From: Owenweeksia sp. TMED14
Lineage (GTDB): Bacteria > Bacteroidota > Bacteroidia > Flavobacteriales > Schleiferiaceae
Length of the DNA stretch: 64,000 nucleotides
Assembly: GCA_949529985.1 (NCBI GenBank)
Contig: CATIRS010000049.1
Coordinates: forward strand, 118,367-182,366
Direction: 5' to 3'
The position numbers and the translations under genes are program-made. Below the pieces are notes generated by a model. That model had not been told where the DNA came from and searched no databases. It saw nothing but the letters and a program-made list of their open reading frames with translations. Below, in pieces: positions 21,311-32,033 of the stretch; position 1 is the stretch's first letter, and the number at the start of each line of letters is the position of its first letter.

Positions 21311-21378
21311 AGTACTAAATTACAAAGTCCGTGCCATGGAATCCCTACATTTGTTTTTTATTAAACGTGATATTGAAT

Positions 21379-22902
21379 ATGTCAACTCAGCTCACTTCTG
21401 TACATTCTGCTCTCATCTCCGTTTTTAATAAAAATGGATTAGAGCCCATTGTTAGACTCTTAGTTGAGAAAGGAGTCAGACTATACTCTACTGGCGGAAC
21501 GCAAGATTTTATTGAGAATTTAGGACTACCCTCGACTCCGATTGAGTCCGTAACTGAATTCCCTAGCATCCTTGATGGACGAGTAAAAACACTTCACCCA
21601 AAAGTTTTTGGAGGCATACTATCGAGAAGATCATTTGAGGAAGATGTGGAAACAGTCCGTTCTATGAATATTCCCAACATAGACATGGTAATAGTTGACC
21701 TTTATCCATTCGACGAAACTGTTAAGTCTGGTGCATCAAATCCTGAAATTATAGAAAAAATTGATATCGGCGGAATATCCCTTATTCGTGCAGGAGCAAA
21801 AAACTATAATGATGTTTGGATCGTTTCTTCCATGAATGAATACCCAGAAGTATTTAAAATCCTATCTGAACAAGGAGCTGAAAGCAGCTTGAAGCAGCGA
21901 AAAAAATTTGCCAGCAGAGCCTTCGTTACATCAAAACTCTACGATTCATCAATAGCCAAATGGTTCTCAGACGAGGACAAACCATTTGCAGAAATAAAAG
22001 GTCAACGAAAGGAATTGCGGTACGGAGAAAACCCACATCAAAAAGCTTGGTTTATAGGGGATTTAGATTCCTTGTTCACACAGCATAGTGGAAAGGAGCT
22101 TAGTTACAATAATCTCTTGGACATTGATGCAGCTTTGGCTTATTGTAAAGAAGGAACTGACTCTACAATAGCAATAATCAAACATAATAATGCCTGTGGG
22201 TTTGCTTGTGCTGACACGCTTGAAAAAGCATGGGATAAGGCTCTTTCATCTGATCCTGTTTCCGCTTTTGGATCCGTTATTGCTTCTAATGTGACTATTG
22301 ACGTAATCACTGCAAAAAAAATTAGTAATCTATTTTATGAGGTAATAATTGCACCAAGCTTTTCCGGAGATGCCATGAAAATTTTAAAGTCTAAAAAAAA
22401 CCGAATAATACTAGAGAGCAAATCAGTCGTCTTCCCTGAAACCATTGTTCGTTCAACCTTAAATGGTTTGTTACTTCAGAGTAGAGATACCCACAAGGAT
22501 AGCAAGAAAGATATAAAAGTAGCTACAAAACGGAGCCCTTCAAACAGTGAAATAAACGATTTACTATTCGCATCGGCAATCTGTAAGCACACCAAAAGCA
22601 ATACAATAGTTCTGGCTAAGAATAAACAATTAATATCTAGCGGCACAGGTCAAACATCGAGAGTTGACGCACTTAATCAAGCTATTCACAAAGCAAAATC
22701 ATTTGGGCTAGATCTTAACGGTGCAGTTATGGCATCCGATGCATTTTTTCCCTTCCCTGATTGTGTCGAAATTGCGAATGCCGAAGGAATTAAAGCAGTG
22801 ATCCAGCCTGGCGGGTCAATTAAAGATGATTTAAGTACTGCTTATTGTAATGAAAATGAAATAACAATGGTGATGACAGGTATACGCCATTTTAAACACT
22901 AA
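21379..22902 (+). CDS. purH: Bifunctional AICAR transformylase / IMP cyclohydrolase
   Basis: The likely start is the ATG at 21379 (MSTQLTSVHSALISVFNK). STGGT, RVKTLHPKVFGGIL and IQPGGSIKD motifs. The upstream 16 codons in the ORF track are probably not translated. Confidence 0.94.
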   Translation: MSTQLTSVHSALISVFNKNGLEPIVRLLVEKGVRLYSTGGTQDFIENLGLPSTPIESVTEFPSILDGRVKTLHPKVFGGILSRRSFEEDVETVRSMNIPNIDMVIVDLYPFDETVKSGASNPEIIEKIDIGGISLIRAGAKNYNDVWIVSSMNEYPEVFKILSEQGAESSLKQRKKFASRAFVTSKLYDSSIAKWFSDEDKPFAEIKGQRKELRYGENPHQKAWFIGDLDSLFTQHSGKELSYNNLLDIDAALAYCKEGTDSTIAIIKHNNACGFACADTLEKAWDKALSSDPVSAFGSVIASNVTIDVITAKKISNLFYEVIIAPSFSGDAMKILKSKKNRIILESKSVVFPETIVRSTLNGLLLQSRDTHKDSKKDIKVATKRSPSNSEINDLLFASAICKHTKSNTIVLAKNKQLISSGTGQTSRVDALNQAIHKAKSFGLDLNGAVMASDAFFPFPDCVEIANAEGIKAVIQPGGSIKDDLSTAYCNENEITMVMTGIRHFKH

Positions 22903-22910
22903 TTAATAAT

Positions 22911-23939
22911 ATGGGACTTTTTGACTTTCTTACATATGACATTGCCATTGATCTTGGTACAGCAAATACACTGATAATTCACAATGATAAAGTTGTTGTG
23001 GATGCTCCTTCAATAGTCGCAATTGATAGATCAACTAATGCAATCTTAGCCATCGGTCATGAAGCAATGCAAATGCATGGAAAAACACATGAAAATATTC
23101 GCACTGTTCGGCCTCTTAAAGATGGAGTAATTGCGGACTTTGTAGCATCGGAGCATATGATTCGAGAAATGATAAAAAGTATTCCCGTTCTCAAAAAAAA
23201 GTTACTTGCCCCCTCATTGAGAATGGTGATTTGTATTCCAAGTGGGATTACAGAGGTTGAGAAACGTGCTGTTCGAGACTCTGCAGAGCATGCAAACGCC
23301 AAAGAGGTCTACCTTATTCATGAGCCAATGGCAGCTGCAATAGGCATTGGAGTTGACGTACTGGAACCAAAAGGGAATATGATTATCGATATCGGAGGAG
23401 GAACTACTGAAATTGCAGTTTTGGCTCTAGGTGGAATTGTTTGTGATAAAAGCATCAAGGTAGCTGGTGATGTGTTCACCAATGACATTGCCTACTATAT
23501 GAGATCTGAGCACAATCTATATGTAGGTGAAAGAACTGCTGAGTCAATAAAAATAAATGTTGGCGCAGCTATCGAAAACTTGAGTAATCCTCCAGATAAT
23601 ATTCCAGTTCAGGGCCGTGATTTAATCACTGGAAAACCCAAACAAGTCGATATCACCTATCAAGAAATATCAGGAGCACTTGATAAATCAATAACTAGAA
23701 TTGAGGATGCAGTTATGGAAGCTTTAGCTCTAACGCCTCCGGAATTATCTGCCGATATATACAATTCGGGGATTTACATGGCCGGAGGTGGATCTCTTCT
23801 TCGTGGTCTAGATCAGAGAATATCAGCGAAAACGGATTTACCAGTTTATGTTGCAGAAGATCCATTAAGAGCTGTAGTTAGAGGAACGGGGATCGCCTTG
23901 AAAAATCTGGATAAATACCGTACCCTTTTGATGCGATAA
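22911..23939 (+). CDS. mreB: Rod-shape-determining protein MreB
   Basis: 342 aa. DLGTANTLI, EPMAAAIG and DIGGGTTEIAV actin-fold motifs. Confidence 0.96.
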   Translation: MGLFDFLTYDIAIDLGTANTLIIHNDKVVVDAPSIVAIDRSTNAILAIGHEAMQMHGKTHENIRTVRPLKDGVIADFVASEHMIREMIKSIPVLKKKLLAPSLRMVICIPSGITEVEKRAVRDSAEHANAKEVYLIHEPMAAAIGIGVDVLEPKGNMIIDIGGGTTEIAVLALGGIVCDKSIKVAGDVFTNDIAYYMRSEHNLYVGERTAESIKINVGAAIENLSNPPDNIPVQGRDLITGKPKQVDITYQEISGALDKSITRIEDAVMEALALTPPELSADIYNSGIYMAGGGSLLRGLDQRISAKTDLPVYVAEDPLRAVVRGTGIALKNLDKYRTLLMR

Positions 23940-23942
23940 AAA

Positions 23943-24740
23943 ATGCAAAATATTCTGCGATTTCTTGTAAAATATCGCGTACTCTCTATTTTTCTCATTC
24001 TCCAATTTTTGGGGCTTTCAATTACTTACAGCAAATCAACTATACATCAAAGTTATTTTTGGGAAAAAGTACTAAACAGTCAAGCCCGCTGGCACTATTT
24101 TACGAGTAGCTGGACAAGTTATTTTGAGTTAAATGATATTAATCAAGCGCTCCGCATTGAAAATAATAAGTTAAGAACTGAATTAAATGGTCAATTCAAT
24201 AAATCAAGCAACTTAGTTGACAGTTCACAATTCGAGTGGAGCAGTGGAGAGATTATCTACTCTAGTGTTAATCTAAAAAACAATCTCTTGATATTGAATA
24301 GAGGCGACAGTGAAGGCGTAATGAGTGGCGATGGGATACTAGGTCCTAGAGGTGTATTGGGAGTTGTTGAGAAAACATCATCTCATTACAGCAGAATTAT
24401 ACCCATTATAAATAGTGAGTCCAGAATTTCCGGAATAATAAAGCGAACAGGACATTTTGGAACCATTGTATGGAAAGGTGGCAATCCAAATTTTGCACAA
24501 ATAATCGATTTACCTTTAGAAATAAAACTAAATATTAGAGATGAGATTATCACTGACCCAAGATCTACAGTTTTTCCGTCAGGGTGGCCAATCGGTTATA
24601 TAACTGAAATAATTAAAGATTCCTCTAATCATACCCAATCCGCAACGATTAGATTATTTGTCGACTACAAAAAAACTCAAGTAGCATATATTGTTTTTAA
24701 CAATCTAGCATCAGAGCTTGACGAAATAGTTAAGCCATGA
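23943..24740 (+). CDS. mreC: Rod-shape-determining protein MreC
   Basis: 265 aa. N-terminal TM helix, coiled coil (LRIENNKLRTEL) and a beta-rich C-terminal domain, lying between mreB and mreD. Confidence 0.85.
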   Translation: MQNILRFLVKYRVLSIFLILQFLGLSITYSKSTIHQSYFWEKVLNSQARWHYFTSSWTSYFELNDINQALRIENNKLRTELNGQFNKSSNLVDSSQFEWSSGEIIYSSVNLKNNLLILNRGDSEGVMSGDGILGPRGVLGVVEKTSSHYSRIIPIINSESRISGIIKRTGHFGTIVWKGGNPNFAQIIDLPLEIKLNIRDEIITDPRSTVFPSGWPIGYITEIIKDSSNHTQSATIRLFVDYKKTQVAYIVFNNLASELDEIVKP

Positions 24741-25246
24741 GGCAATTAAATACTTGGTTAATTTGGAGTTTTGTTCTATTAATCCTTCAATCTTTTATTA
24801 TTAATAAAATTCAATTATATGGTTTTTTAAACCCTTACTTGTACGTCGGTATATTTCTTTTAGCGCCTAGTTCTATTAGTAAGTTCTCACTTGTCCTTAT
24901 TGGAGCTTCTGTGGGCGCATGGTTAGATTTTCAACTATTGACTGGAGGTATTCATTTGATGGCCTCTAGCCTATTATGTTATTTAAAACCAGGACTCCTT
25001 GATTTTGTAGTACCTCGAGCCGATGAGGATAGTCTTCCTTTCACACCAGCAGATATTGGTTTGGTGAAATGGATGTTCTATTCCAGTATTGGAATCATTA
25101 TTCACCATTCCTACTTATTCATAATTGATTCTCATAGTTTTAATGCTCCACTATTACTCATTTGGCGGATCATTATTTCTACAATTGCCAGCAGCCTTCT
25201 CTTGACCTCTGTTGTATATTTTGCTAAACCTCAAGTAGAAAGATGA
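24737..25246 (+). CDS. mreD: Rod-shape-determining protein MreD
   Basis: 169 aa polytopic membrane protein. It has 4-nt overlaps with both mreC and mrdA, and its position is canonical. Confidence 0.75.
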   Translation: MRQLNTWLIWSFVLLILQSFIINKIQLYGFLNPYLYVGIFLLAPSSISKFSLVLIGASVGAWLDFQLLTGGIHLMASSLLCYLKPGLLDFVVPRADEDSLPFTPADIGLVKWMFYSSIGIIIHHSYLFIIDSHSFNAPLLLIWRIIISTIASSLLLTSVVYFAKPQVER

Positions 25247-27078
25247 TGCGGAAGAAACTTTTTTTAACTATTCTAATTGGAGTGACCCTGATTTTTATGG
25301 TTAGGTTATTCTACATCCAAATCATAGATTCAAAATACACTCTGGATGCCGCAAACAATGCTCAACGAGTCGAAAAAATATTTGCTCCGAGAGGTGTTAT
25401 TTATGATCGAAACCGGGTCTTGCTAGCCAGTAATCAAGCTGCATACGACATTGAAGTAGTACCGATTTTAATCGACAATTTAGATACATTCCGCATTTCC
25501 AAGCTATTGGGAGTTAGCGAGAGGAGAATTCAGGCTTCACTTGAAAAAGCCAAAAGATATTCATACTATCGGCCAAGTCCAATAATTAGAAGTTTGACAT
25601 CAAATGATTATGCCAAAATTCAAGAAGAAATAGGTTTTTTTTCAGGAATTAAAATGAGACGGAGGACCTTCCGGAAATACTCCAAATCTAATAGCGGAAA
25701 TGCTATAGGGTTTGTCGGCGAAGTAAATGATTATTTATTATCTAAAAACCCCAAATATAAGTTGGGAGATTATGTTGGAATTTCTGGAATAGAAGCGAGT
25801 TATGAAATACACCTTAAAGGAAAAGATGGAAAAAGATATATCACCGTTGATAACTTGAATAGAGATATCGGACCATTCCAAAGTGGAAAGTATGATATTG
25901 AGCCATTACCAGGGAAAAGCATAACCTCAACTTTAGACTCAAAACTACAAGAATATGGTGGACTTCTTATGTCAGGAAAACGTGGAAGTATAGTTGCTAT
26001 AGAGCCCAAAACAGGAGAAATATTGGCTCTTATCTCATCCCCAAATTATGATCCTAATGCTCTTGTTGGTAGGCACAGATCGAGAAATTACAATCTCTTG
26101 TATAACGACTCCATAAATAAACCTCTTTATGACCGCGGTTTATTGGCGGTTTACCCTCCAGGGTCTCCTTTTAAAGTTATAAATGCATTAATCGCTTTAG
26201 AAGAAAAAGTAATCAACCCACAGACCAGGTATGCATGTGTAGATGGATATCATTTTGGAGATCTTCATATTGGTTGCCATTGCGAATCGGGCAGTGTGAA
26301 CCTTCGAGAGTCAATTTCATTTAGCTGTAATAATTATCATTGCAAAATTTTTAAAAGGACAATAGATAAATTTCCAACAGCTTCAATCGGTCTAAATGCA
26401 TGGAACAAGCACGTCAAAAGCTTCGGACTTGGAAACTATCTTGGAGTGGACCTAGTGACAGGAAGGAAAGGCTTTGTACCTAATTCTGATTTTTACAATA
26501 GGTACTATAAAAATAACCGATGGAAGGCACCCACCATAATTTCTTTAGCTATCGGTCAGGGTGAACTAGGAGTCACACCTATACAATTAGCTAATATGAC
26601 ATCAGCAATTGCAAATAGGGGATATTGGTATACCCCACACATTGTTAAATCTATAGGACGTATAAATATTGATAGCTCTATTTATAATGTACCACATCAA
26701 ACAACTATTTCACCTAAAAATTTTGATGTCGTGGTGAAAGGCATGGAAGATGTATTCACTATTGGAACAGCTAAAGCATCGATACTAAAAGGATTAAATA
26801 TTGCTGGAAAAACGGGAACAGCAGAAAATACAAATGGAGAAGACCATTCAATATTTATTGCATTCGCCCCTGTGAATGAACCAAAAATAGCCATAGCCGT
26901 AATTATTGAAAATGGATATTGGGGATCTAGATGGGCAGCACCAATTGCCAGCCTAATGATAGAGCAATATTTAAACAACGAAATAACAAGAGTAGAACTT
27001 GAAAGAAAAATGATTTCAGGGAACTTGGCAAAAGAATACAATGTAAATAATGTTGAAACAATCTTGCCACCATATTAA
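25243..27078 (+). CDS. mrdA: Penicillin-binding protein 2 (elongasome transpeptidase)
   Basis: 611 aa. SxxK (GSPFK), SxN (SCN) and KTGTA motifs. Confidence 0.93.
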   Translation: MMRKKLFLTILIGVTLIFMVRLFYIQIIDSKYTLDAANNAQRVEKIFAPRGVIYDRNRVLLASNQAAYDIEVVPILIDNLDTFRISKLLGVSERRIQASLEKAKRYSYYRPSPIIRSLTSNDYAKIQEEIGFFSGIKMRRRTFRKYSKSNSGNAIGFVGEVNDYLLSKNPKYKLGDYVGISGIEASYEIHLKGKDGKRYITVDNLNRDIGPFQSGKYDIEPLPGKSITSTLDSKLQEYGGLLMSGKRGSIVAIEPKTGEILALISSPNYDPNALVGRHRSRNYNLLYNDSINKPLYDRGLLAVYPPGSPFKVINALIALEEKVINPQTRYACVDGYHFGDLHIGCHCESGSVNLRESISFSCNNYHCKIFKRTIDKFPTASIGLNAWNKHVKSFGLGNYLGVDLVTGRKGFVPNSDFYNRYYKNNRWKAPTIISLAIGQGELGVTPIQLANMTSAIANRGYWYTPHIVKSIGRINIDSSIYNVPHQTTISPKNFDVVVKGMEDVFTIGTAKASILKGLNIAGKTGTAENTNGEDHSIFIAFAPVNEPKIAIAVIIENGYWGSRWAAPIASLMIEQYLNNEITRVELERKMISGNLAKEYNVNNVETILPPY

Positions 27079-28355
27079 TGAGAAATAGTTCAAACTTATT
27101 TGGAAGAATAGACACTACTGCTCTATGCCTTTATCTCTTTCTATTATTTTTTGGATGGATGAATATTTATGCCACAGTGAATGCTGAAATAATTGGGTTC
27201 GCATGGGACTGGAAAAATGAAGCGGGAAGACAATTAATATTTATTGGACTAGCAGGAATTATAATTTTCTTTATTTTACTCAGTGATGCCAGAATTTATG
27301 AAGTGATTTCTATTCCTATTTACGTTATTACAATTCTCCTCCTAATTTGCGTCCTTATTTTTGGCGTAGAAGTTGGAGGAAATAAAAGCTGGTTAGAATT
27401 AGGGGAATTAAGAGTCCAGCCTTCTGAATTTGTCAAACTAGGATCAATAATGATTTTGGCAAGAGTTTTATCCGTAAGAGAAGTGGACTTAAAAAAATGG
27501 AAATATAGATGGCTTCCTTTTTTTACGATTTTTCTACCTATAATCCTTATAATCCTCCAACCAGATATAGGTTCAGCAATCGTTTTCGTAAGTTTCATAT
27601 TTGTTCTATATCGTGAAGGCCTTCCAGGCTACTTTATTTATACAGGTATAGGCACTATAATAGTATCCATACTTGCCTTAGCTTTTAATACGATAACAGT
27701 TTTAGTGATAATTGTGTTCTTTTCTTTTTTTGCCTTCCTCTTAAACAGAAGTCAAAAGCGAATAAATTTTCGAGAATTCATACGTCATCCAATAATGCTA
27801 TTTTCAAGCATGGCAATTGCTTGGGCGCAAATTGTAAATATTATATTCGACCAACTATTAAGACCGCATCAGCAAATCCGAATACAACTTTTATTAGGCA
27901 AATTAGATGATACATCCTCTATAGGCTATCAGACGGCCCAATCTTTAATTGCAATTGGGTCTGGAGGACTAATGGGAAAGGGATATATGAAGGGCACCCA
28001 GACTAAGCTTAACTTTGTACCAGAACAAACAACTGACTATATTTTTTGCACTGTAGGAGAAGAATGGGGATTTCTAGGGTCAGTTATCGTTTTATCCTGT
28101 TTTTCTCTCCTGATTGGTCGAATTATCATTTTAGCTGACCGTCAAAAAGATGCATTTGCTAGAATTTTTGGTTATGGAATAGGATCCATTCTGCTAGTTC
28201 ACTTTATAATAAATATTGGCATGACATTAGCAGTGATTCCTGTAATTGGAATCCCTTTACCCTTTTTTAGCTATGGAGGCTCTTCGCTGTTAGCTTTTAC
28301 AATAATGCTATTTATTTTCCTTAGAATGGATTCGCATAGCTGGGAGAGCTTATAA
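27078..28355 (+). CDS. rodA: SEDS-family peptidoglycan polymerase RodA
   Basis: 425 aa polytopic protein with QPSEFVKL and PFFSYGGSS SEDS motifs. It has a 1-nt overlap with mrdA. Confidence 0.92.
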   Translation: MRNSSNLFGRIDTTALCLYLFLLFFGWMNIYATVNAEIIGFAWDWKNEAGRQLIFIGLAGIIIFFILLSDARIYEVISIPIYVITILLLICVLIFGVEVGGNKSWLELGELRVQPSEFVKLGSIMILARVLSVREVDLKKWKYRWLPFFTIFLPIILIILQPDIGSAIVFVSFIFVLYREGLPGYFIYTGIGTIIVSILALAFNTITVLVIIVFFSFFAFLLNRSQKRINFREFIRHPIMLFSSMAIAWAQIVNIIFDQLLRPHQQIRIQLLLGKLDDTSSIGYQTAQSLIAIGSGGLMGKGYMKGTQTKLNFVPEQTTDYIFCTVGEEWGFLGSVIVLSCFSLLIGRIIILADRQKDAFARIFGYGIGSILLVHFIINIGMTLAVIPVIGIPLPFFSYGGSSLLAFTIMLFIFLRMDSHSWESL

Positions 28356-28387
28356 ATAGCAAAACCTAAGAAGATAAATATCTTAAA

Positions 28388-30472
28388 TTAATAAAACTTA
28401 CCTCGATTATCCACTACTTCAGAAACATCTACTAACGCCTCAAAAAGTTCAGTCTGGACCCGAGATCGAATCTGATTTACCTGAGCGGCAACATCCGCAG
28501 CCGAAATATTTAAACTCGAGTTTTCAATAACATTCAGTACTTTGACTTTGTAGACACCATTAACACCATTGATGGCTTCCGATACAAAACCAATAGGAGA
28601 ACCAACTGCAAGTCCTACGATCTCTACTTCACGACCAGCCTCCGGGAGAAAGCTATTTGCCATCGAAACTGTGTTTTTCTTCCATTCCAATATAGATTGA
28701 TCATCAAAAACACTCCTTAAATAATTCACTTTAGCATGATTAATCGCTAATGCTTTTAATTCATCCTTGACATCAGCTACCGTTTTATACCCTGGCTCAT
28801 AAATATCTACAAGCTTTGTGACGACATAATTTTTATATCCATTGTTAATTATACCAACTTCATTAATAGATCTCTCATCATTAAATAACCAACGTACAAC
28901 TTCCCTACTCTCGCCTAGACCAGCTATTGATTGATCCGTTGAGCTCGTGTTACGATTAGGAAGTAACATGACATCAAAGTTCTGAGCAATCATTTCTGCA
29001 TTCTCTCCCGATTGTAAAGCTTTGGCAAATTCCGCTGCAAGCTTATAAATACCCTGTTCAGTTTCTTTACTAACATTAACTCTGCGAAACACCTGAGCCA
29101 TTTGTACCGATGGAACCGAACCTTTTTGATTTGTTATATCGATAATATGATATCCAAAGTTTGTAAAAACTAAGCCCAAATCACCTTCATTCTGTCTGAA
29201 ACAGAAATCATCAAATGACTTTGCCATTTGTTTAGGTTGAAACCAACCTAAATCTCCTCCTTGAGAACCCGAAAATATATCATCATTTAAAAAATCGTTC
29301 ACAGACTCAAAAGTTGATTCGCCTGATTTGAGAATACTAAAAAGAGAATCTGCTATAATTTTCGCTTCCTCAAAACTCCTTGTCACCTGTGATCTTTCTG
29401 CACCCTCAAATGAAATCAATATATGTTTTGCTTTCACGGAATCTGGCAAATTTCTAAGATCCATTATTTTTAACATCTGATAACCTGAGCCAGTTTCAAT
29501 GGGGTCACTAACAAACCCTTCCTCTTGTCCTTCAACAGAAGAACTGAGATTCTCATCAAGAAGGTTTAAATCAAAATATACATCTTGAAAAGGTAAATCA
29601 CTATTTGCCATTACAAAGGAGCTATCATCATTTGAAATGACAAATTCATTCTTTAAATCTTGAAGCTCATTAAAAGCTAAAGCGCGATCATCATCAGAGG
29701 CTATAATGGGGAAATCAGCAAATATCATATCTCTTAATTCTGACTTCACTTTAAAGTCTTCTCTATTTTCCTCAAAAACAGATCCATAATCTGATTCGCT
29801 AACATCGACTAAGGAGTCAGCAACATCGGAAACCATAGATCCAAACCATTCGATTTCTGACTGAGTAGTCATTCGTGAAACATCCTTGTTGTGAATACTT
29901 ATAGGAATATTTAAACCATTTTTTACAGCTGTGTAAAATTTACTTGTAAGTGCTTCATTGCGGATATTCTCTTCGAAATTAACCCAGTTTAACCATTGGT
30001 CTGTTGCTTCCGGACTGGATTCACGATTATCCCGAAGATTTGCAAGAGTTGATTTTAACAACTCAGGATTAAACAATCCTGTATTTGGATCTCTAAAACC
30101 TTCCATCTGTTGAATACTAGGATTAGAAACTATTTGATCCCATAATTCCTGAGTAGAAATGGTGAAGCCAAGTTCATCCTGAATATTACCAATTATTGAT
30201 TTGGTCAATGTTTGATTCCAAACCACTTCAGAAAGTTGAATTGCGCTGAAAGAGGAAACCTGCTGGTTATTTAAACGTAAATCCTCAATATCCTTGTTGA
30301 ATTCAATATAACTGACTTTGTTTCCATTAATGAAACCTACAGCATCTTGATCTGAATCAAAGACACTCGAGCCAGAATTTAAAAATTCCCCTAAGATGAA
30401 AGCAGCAAGTGCTGTTCCAATAACTAAAATTACTAATCCCGAACGACGTCGAATTTTTTCAAAAATACCCAT
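28388..30472 (-). CDS. PpiD-like periplasmic chaperone / parvulin-type peptidyl-prolyl isomerase
   Basis: 694 aa. N-terminal membrane anchor, SurA-N-like region, and a parvulin domain (KAKHILISF...GGDLGWF...FGYHII). Confidence 0.85.
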   Translation of the reverse strand: MGIFEKIRRRSGLVILVIGTALAAFILGEFLNSGSSVFDSDQDAVGFINGNKVSYIEFNKDIEDLRLNNQQVSSFSAIQLSEVVWNQTLTKSIIGNIQDELGFTISTQELWDQIVSNPSIQQMEGFRDPNTGLFNPELLKSTLANLRDNRESSPEATDQWLNWVNFEENIRNEALTSKFYTAVKNGLNIPISIHNKDVSRMTTQSEIEWFGSMVSDVADSLVDVSESDYGSVFEENREDFKVKSELRDMIFADFPIIASDDDRALAFNELQDLKNEFVISNDDSSFVMANSDLPFQDVYFDLNLLDENLSSSVEGQEEGFVSDPIETGSGYQMLKIMDLRNLPDSVKAKHILISFEGAERSQVTRSFEEAKIIADSLFSILKSGESTFESVNDFLNDDIFSGSQGGDLGWFQPKQMAKSFDDFCFRQNEGDLGLVFTNFGYHIIDITNQKGSVPSVQMAQVFRRVNVSKETEQGIYKLAAEFAKALQSGENAEMIAQNFDVMLLPNRNTSSTDQSIAGLGESREVVRWLFNDERSINEVGIINNGYKNYVVTKLVDIYEPGYKTVADVKDELKALAINHAKVNYLRSVFDDQSILEWKKNTVSMANSFLPEAGREVEIVGLAVGSPIGFVSEAINGVNGVYKVKVLNVIENSSLNISAADVAAQVNQIRSRVQTELFEALVDVSEVVDNRGKFY

Positions 30473-30544
30473 GTGACATAAAAAATAAGGATGCGAATAT
30501 ACAAAGTAGTACGCCGCTCTGAGGAAACATTGTTTTGTATTGTT

Positions 30545-31798
30545 TTATTTTACGTTTCGATTTAAGCTTGAAACAAGGACTCGGCCAATTCGTTGAACAT
30601 CCATGGTCTCAATAGTGAATTCCCAGTAATTAACTGTAACAGATTCACCTATCGATGGTAAGTGACCAATTTTTGCACCTATCAAACCAGCTAAAGTTGA
30701 GTAAGAATCATCTTCTGGCCAATCGAAAGAATACATGGAATTTAAATAATCAACCTCTAAAGAAGCGTCTAAGCGCCATAACCCATCACTTATTTTCTCT
30801 TCAATCCTTGAATCGTGATCATGCTCATCATCAATTTCACCAAAGAGCTCCTCTACAACATCTTCCAATGTAACTATACCGGTAAGAGAACCTAATTCAT
30901 CAACAACAGAAGCCATACTTCTTTTTTCTCTTATTAGCATTTTAAAAACCTCTTGAGCACTCATCGTTTCTGGAATAAATGACAGAGGAGTTAGAATAAA
31001 TGCCAATCTTTTAGGTCTTCGAAAAAGTCCAAATGCGTGAACGTAAGCGTAAGAATCATCAATATTATCTCGATAAACAACTAACTTACTCAAACCAGTT
31101 TGAACAAATTTTTCACGAAGGGAATCCATATCAATTGAATTAGGAATAGCTATTATCTCGGTTCGAGGGACCATACAAGACCGAACTTTCACCTCACCAA
31201 AATCCAAAGCATTTTTAAATAATTCAATCTCCGTCTCGATATTATCTGAATTAGATCCTTCATCGATATAGTGTTCAAGATCAGCTCGACTAAAAACAGC
31301 AGGTTTATGATCAGTTGATATAGCACTACCAGTACGATTTAGTAACCAGTTACTTAGACTTGTCAAGATTGAAACAATCGGTAAAAAAATAAAATACACT
31401 GTAATGAGTGGGAGTATGAACCATTTCAAAGATTCATTTGATCTATTTCGAAAAAATGCTTTAGGCAAGAACTCCGCAATAAAAAGGACAACCAAAGTCG
31501 AAAGTACAGTCTCAAATAAAACAGCCACCGCCGGACTTGTAAATTTGAGAAAAATTGGATCAAGTAAAAGAGCTGTATTTAACCCAACGAATACAAGTGA
31601 TATTGTATTCCCCAGTAGCATGGCCCCGATAAAATTTGATGGTTTAGAAATTAAAAAAGCTAGCCACGTACCAAAAATTGTCCCTCGTTTAGATTCTATT
31701 TCTACTTTTAATCTACTGGCGCTCAGAAAGGCCAACTCCATTCCAGAAAAAAAAGCAGAGAGAAGTAGCGCTAGAAGAAGCTGCAGAACCTCAATCAT
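30545..31798 (-). CDS. CNNM/DUF21 + CBS pair + CorC_HlyC family membrane protein (hemolysin-like, putative divalent-cation transporter)
   Basis: 417 aa. N-terminal 4-TM DUF21 region, a CBS pair, and a C-terminal transporter-associated domain. It is a paralog of the gldE-like gene at the window end. Confidence 0.85.
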   Translation of the reverse strand: MIEVLQLLLALLLSAFFSGMELAFLSASRLKVEIESKRGTIFGTWLAFLISKPSNFIGAMLLGNTISLVFVGLNTALLLDPIFLKFTSPAVAVLFETVLSTLVVLFIAEFLPKAFFRNRSNESLKWFILPLITVYFIFLPIVSILTSLSNWLLNRTGSAISTDHKPAVFSRADLEHYIDEGSNSDNIETEIELFKNALDFGEVKVRSCMVPRTEIIAIPNSIDMDSLREKFVQTGLSKLVVYRDNIDDSYAYVHAFGLFRRPKRLAFILTPLSFIPETMSAQEVFKMLIREKRSMASVVDELGSLTGIVTLEDVVEELFGEIDDEHDHDSRIEEKISDGLWRLDASLEVDYLNSMYSFDWPEDDSYSTLAGLIGAKIGHLPSIGESVTVNYWEFTIETMDVQRIGRVLVSSLNRNVK

Positions 31799-32031
31799 TT
31801 CAAGTTGTCTGATTCATTGACCTTAGATTTCCATCCTCTCACCATTTTCTTCCGTTGAGACCGTCTCAAAATAAACATAAATAGGCCTAAACCTGAGAAT
31901 ATTACAAATATATAAGCCCTTTGACGATCATGATTCCATTGACTAACGACGGTTTCGACTGACAATATCGATATCACTATCCATACCCACTCGACAGTTT
32001 TCAAAGATTTCTGCGCAAAATTTGATTTCAT
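31795..32031 (-). CDS. Small two-TM membrane protein (unknown function)
   Basis: 78 aa with two hydrophobic helices. Its stop overlaps the downstream CNNM start (ATGA), and its start is 2 nt after the lptC stop, so operon embedding supports it being real. Confidence 0.5.
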   Translation of the reverse strand: MKSNFAQKSLKTVEWVWIVISILSVETVVSQWNHDRQRAYIFVIFSGLGLFMFILRRSQRKKMVRGWKSKVNESDNLK

Positions 32032-32033
32032 AT

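Noticed and set aside
28371-28384. Short AT-rich inverted repeat (AAGATA-AA-TATCTT) between the convergent rodA and PpiD genes. Similar 5-6-bp repeats occur at 43312..43327 and 19483..19501.
   Set aside because: The stems are only 5-6 bp, are mostly A/T, and lack clear U-tracts. They are too weak to call terminators in an AT-rich genome.
31404-31820. 138-aa ORF antisense to the CNNM/CBS gene.
   Set aside because: It is embedded opposite the TM region of a well-supported gene. Its composition mirrors the antisense of hydrophobic codons, and I recognise no domain.
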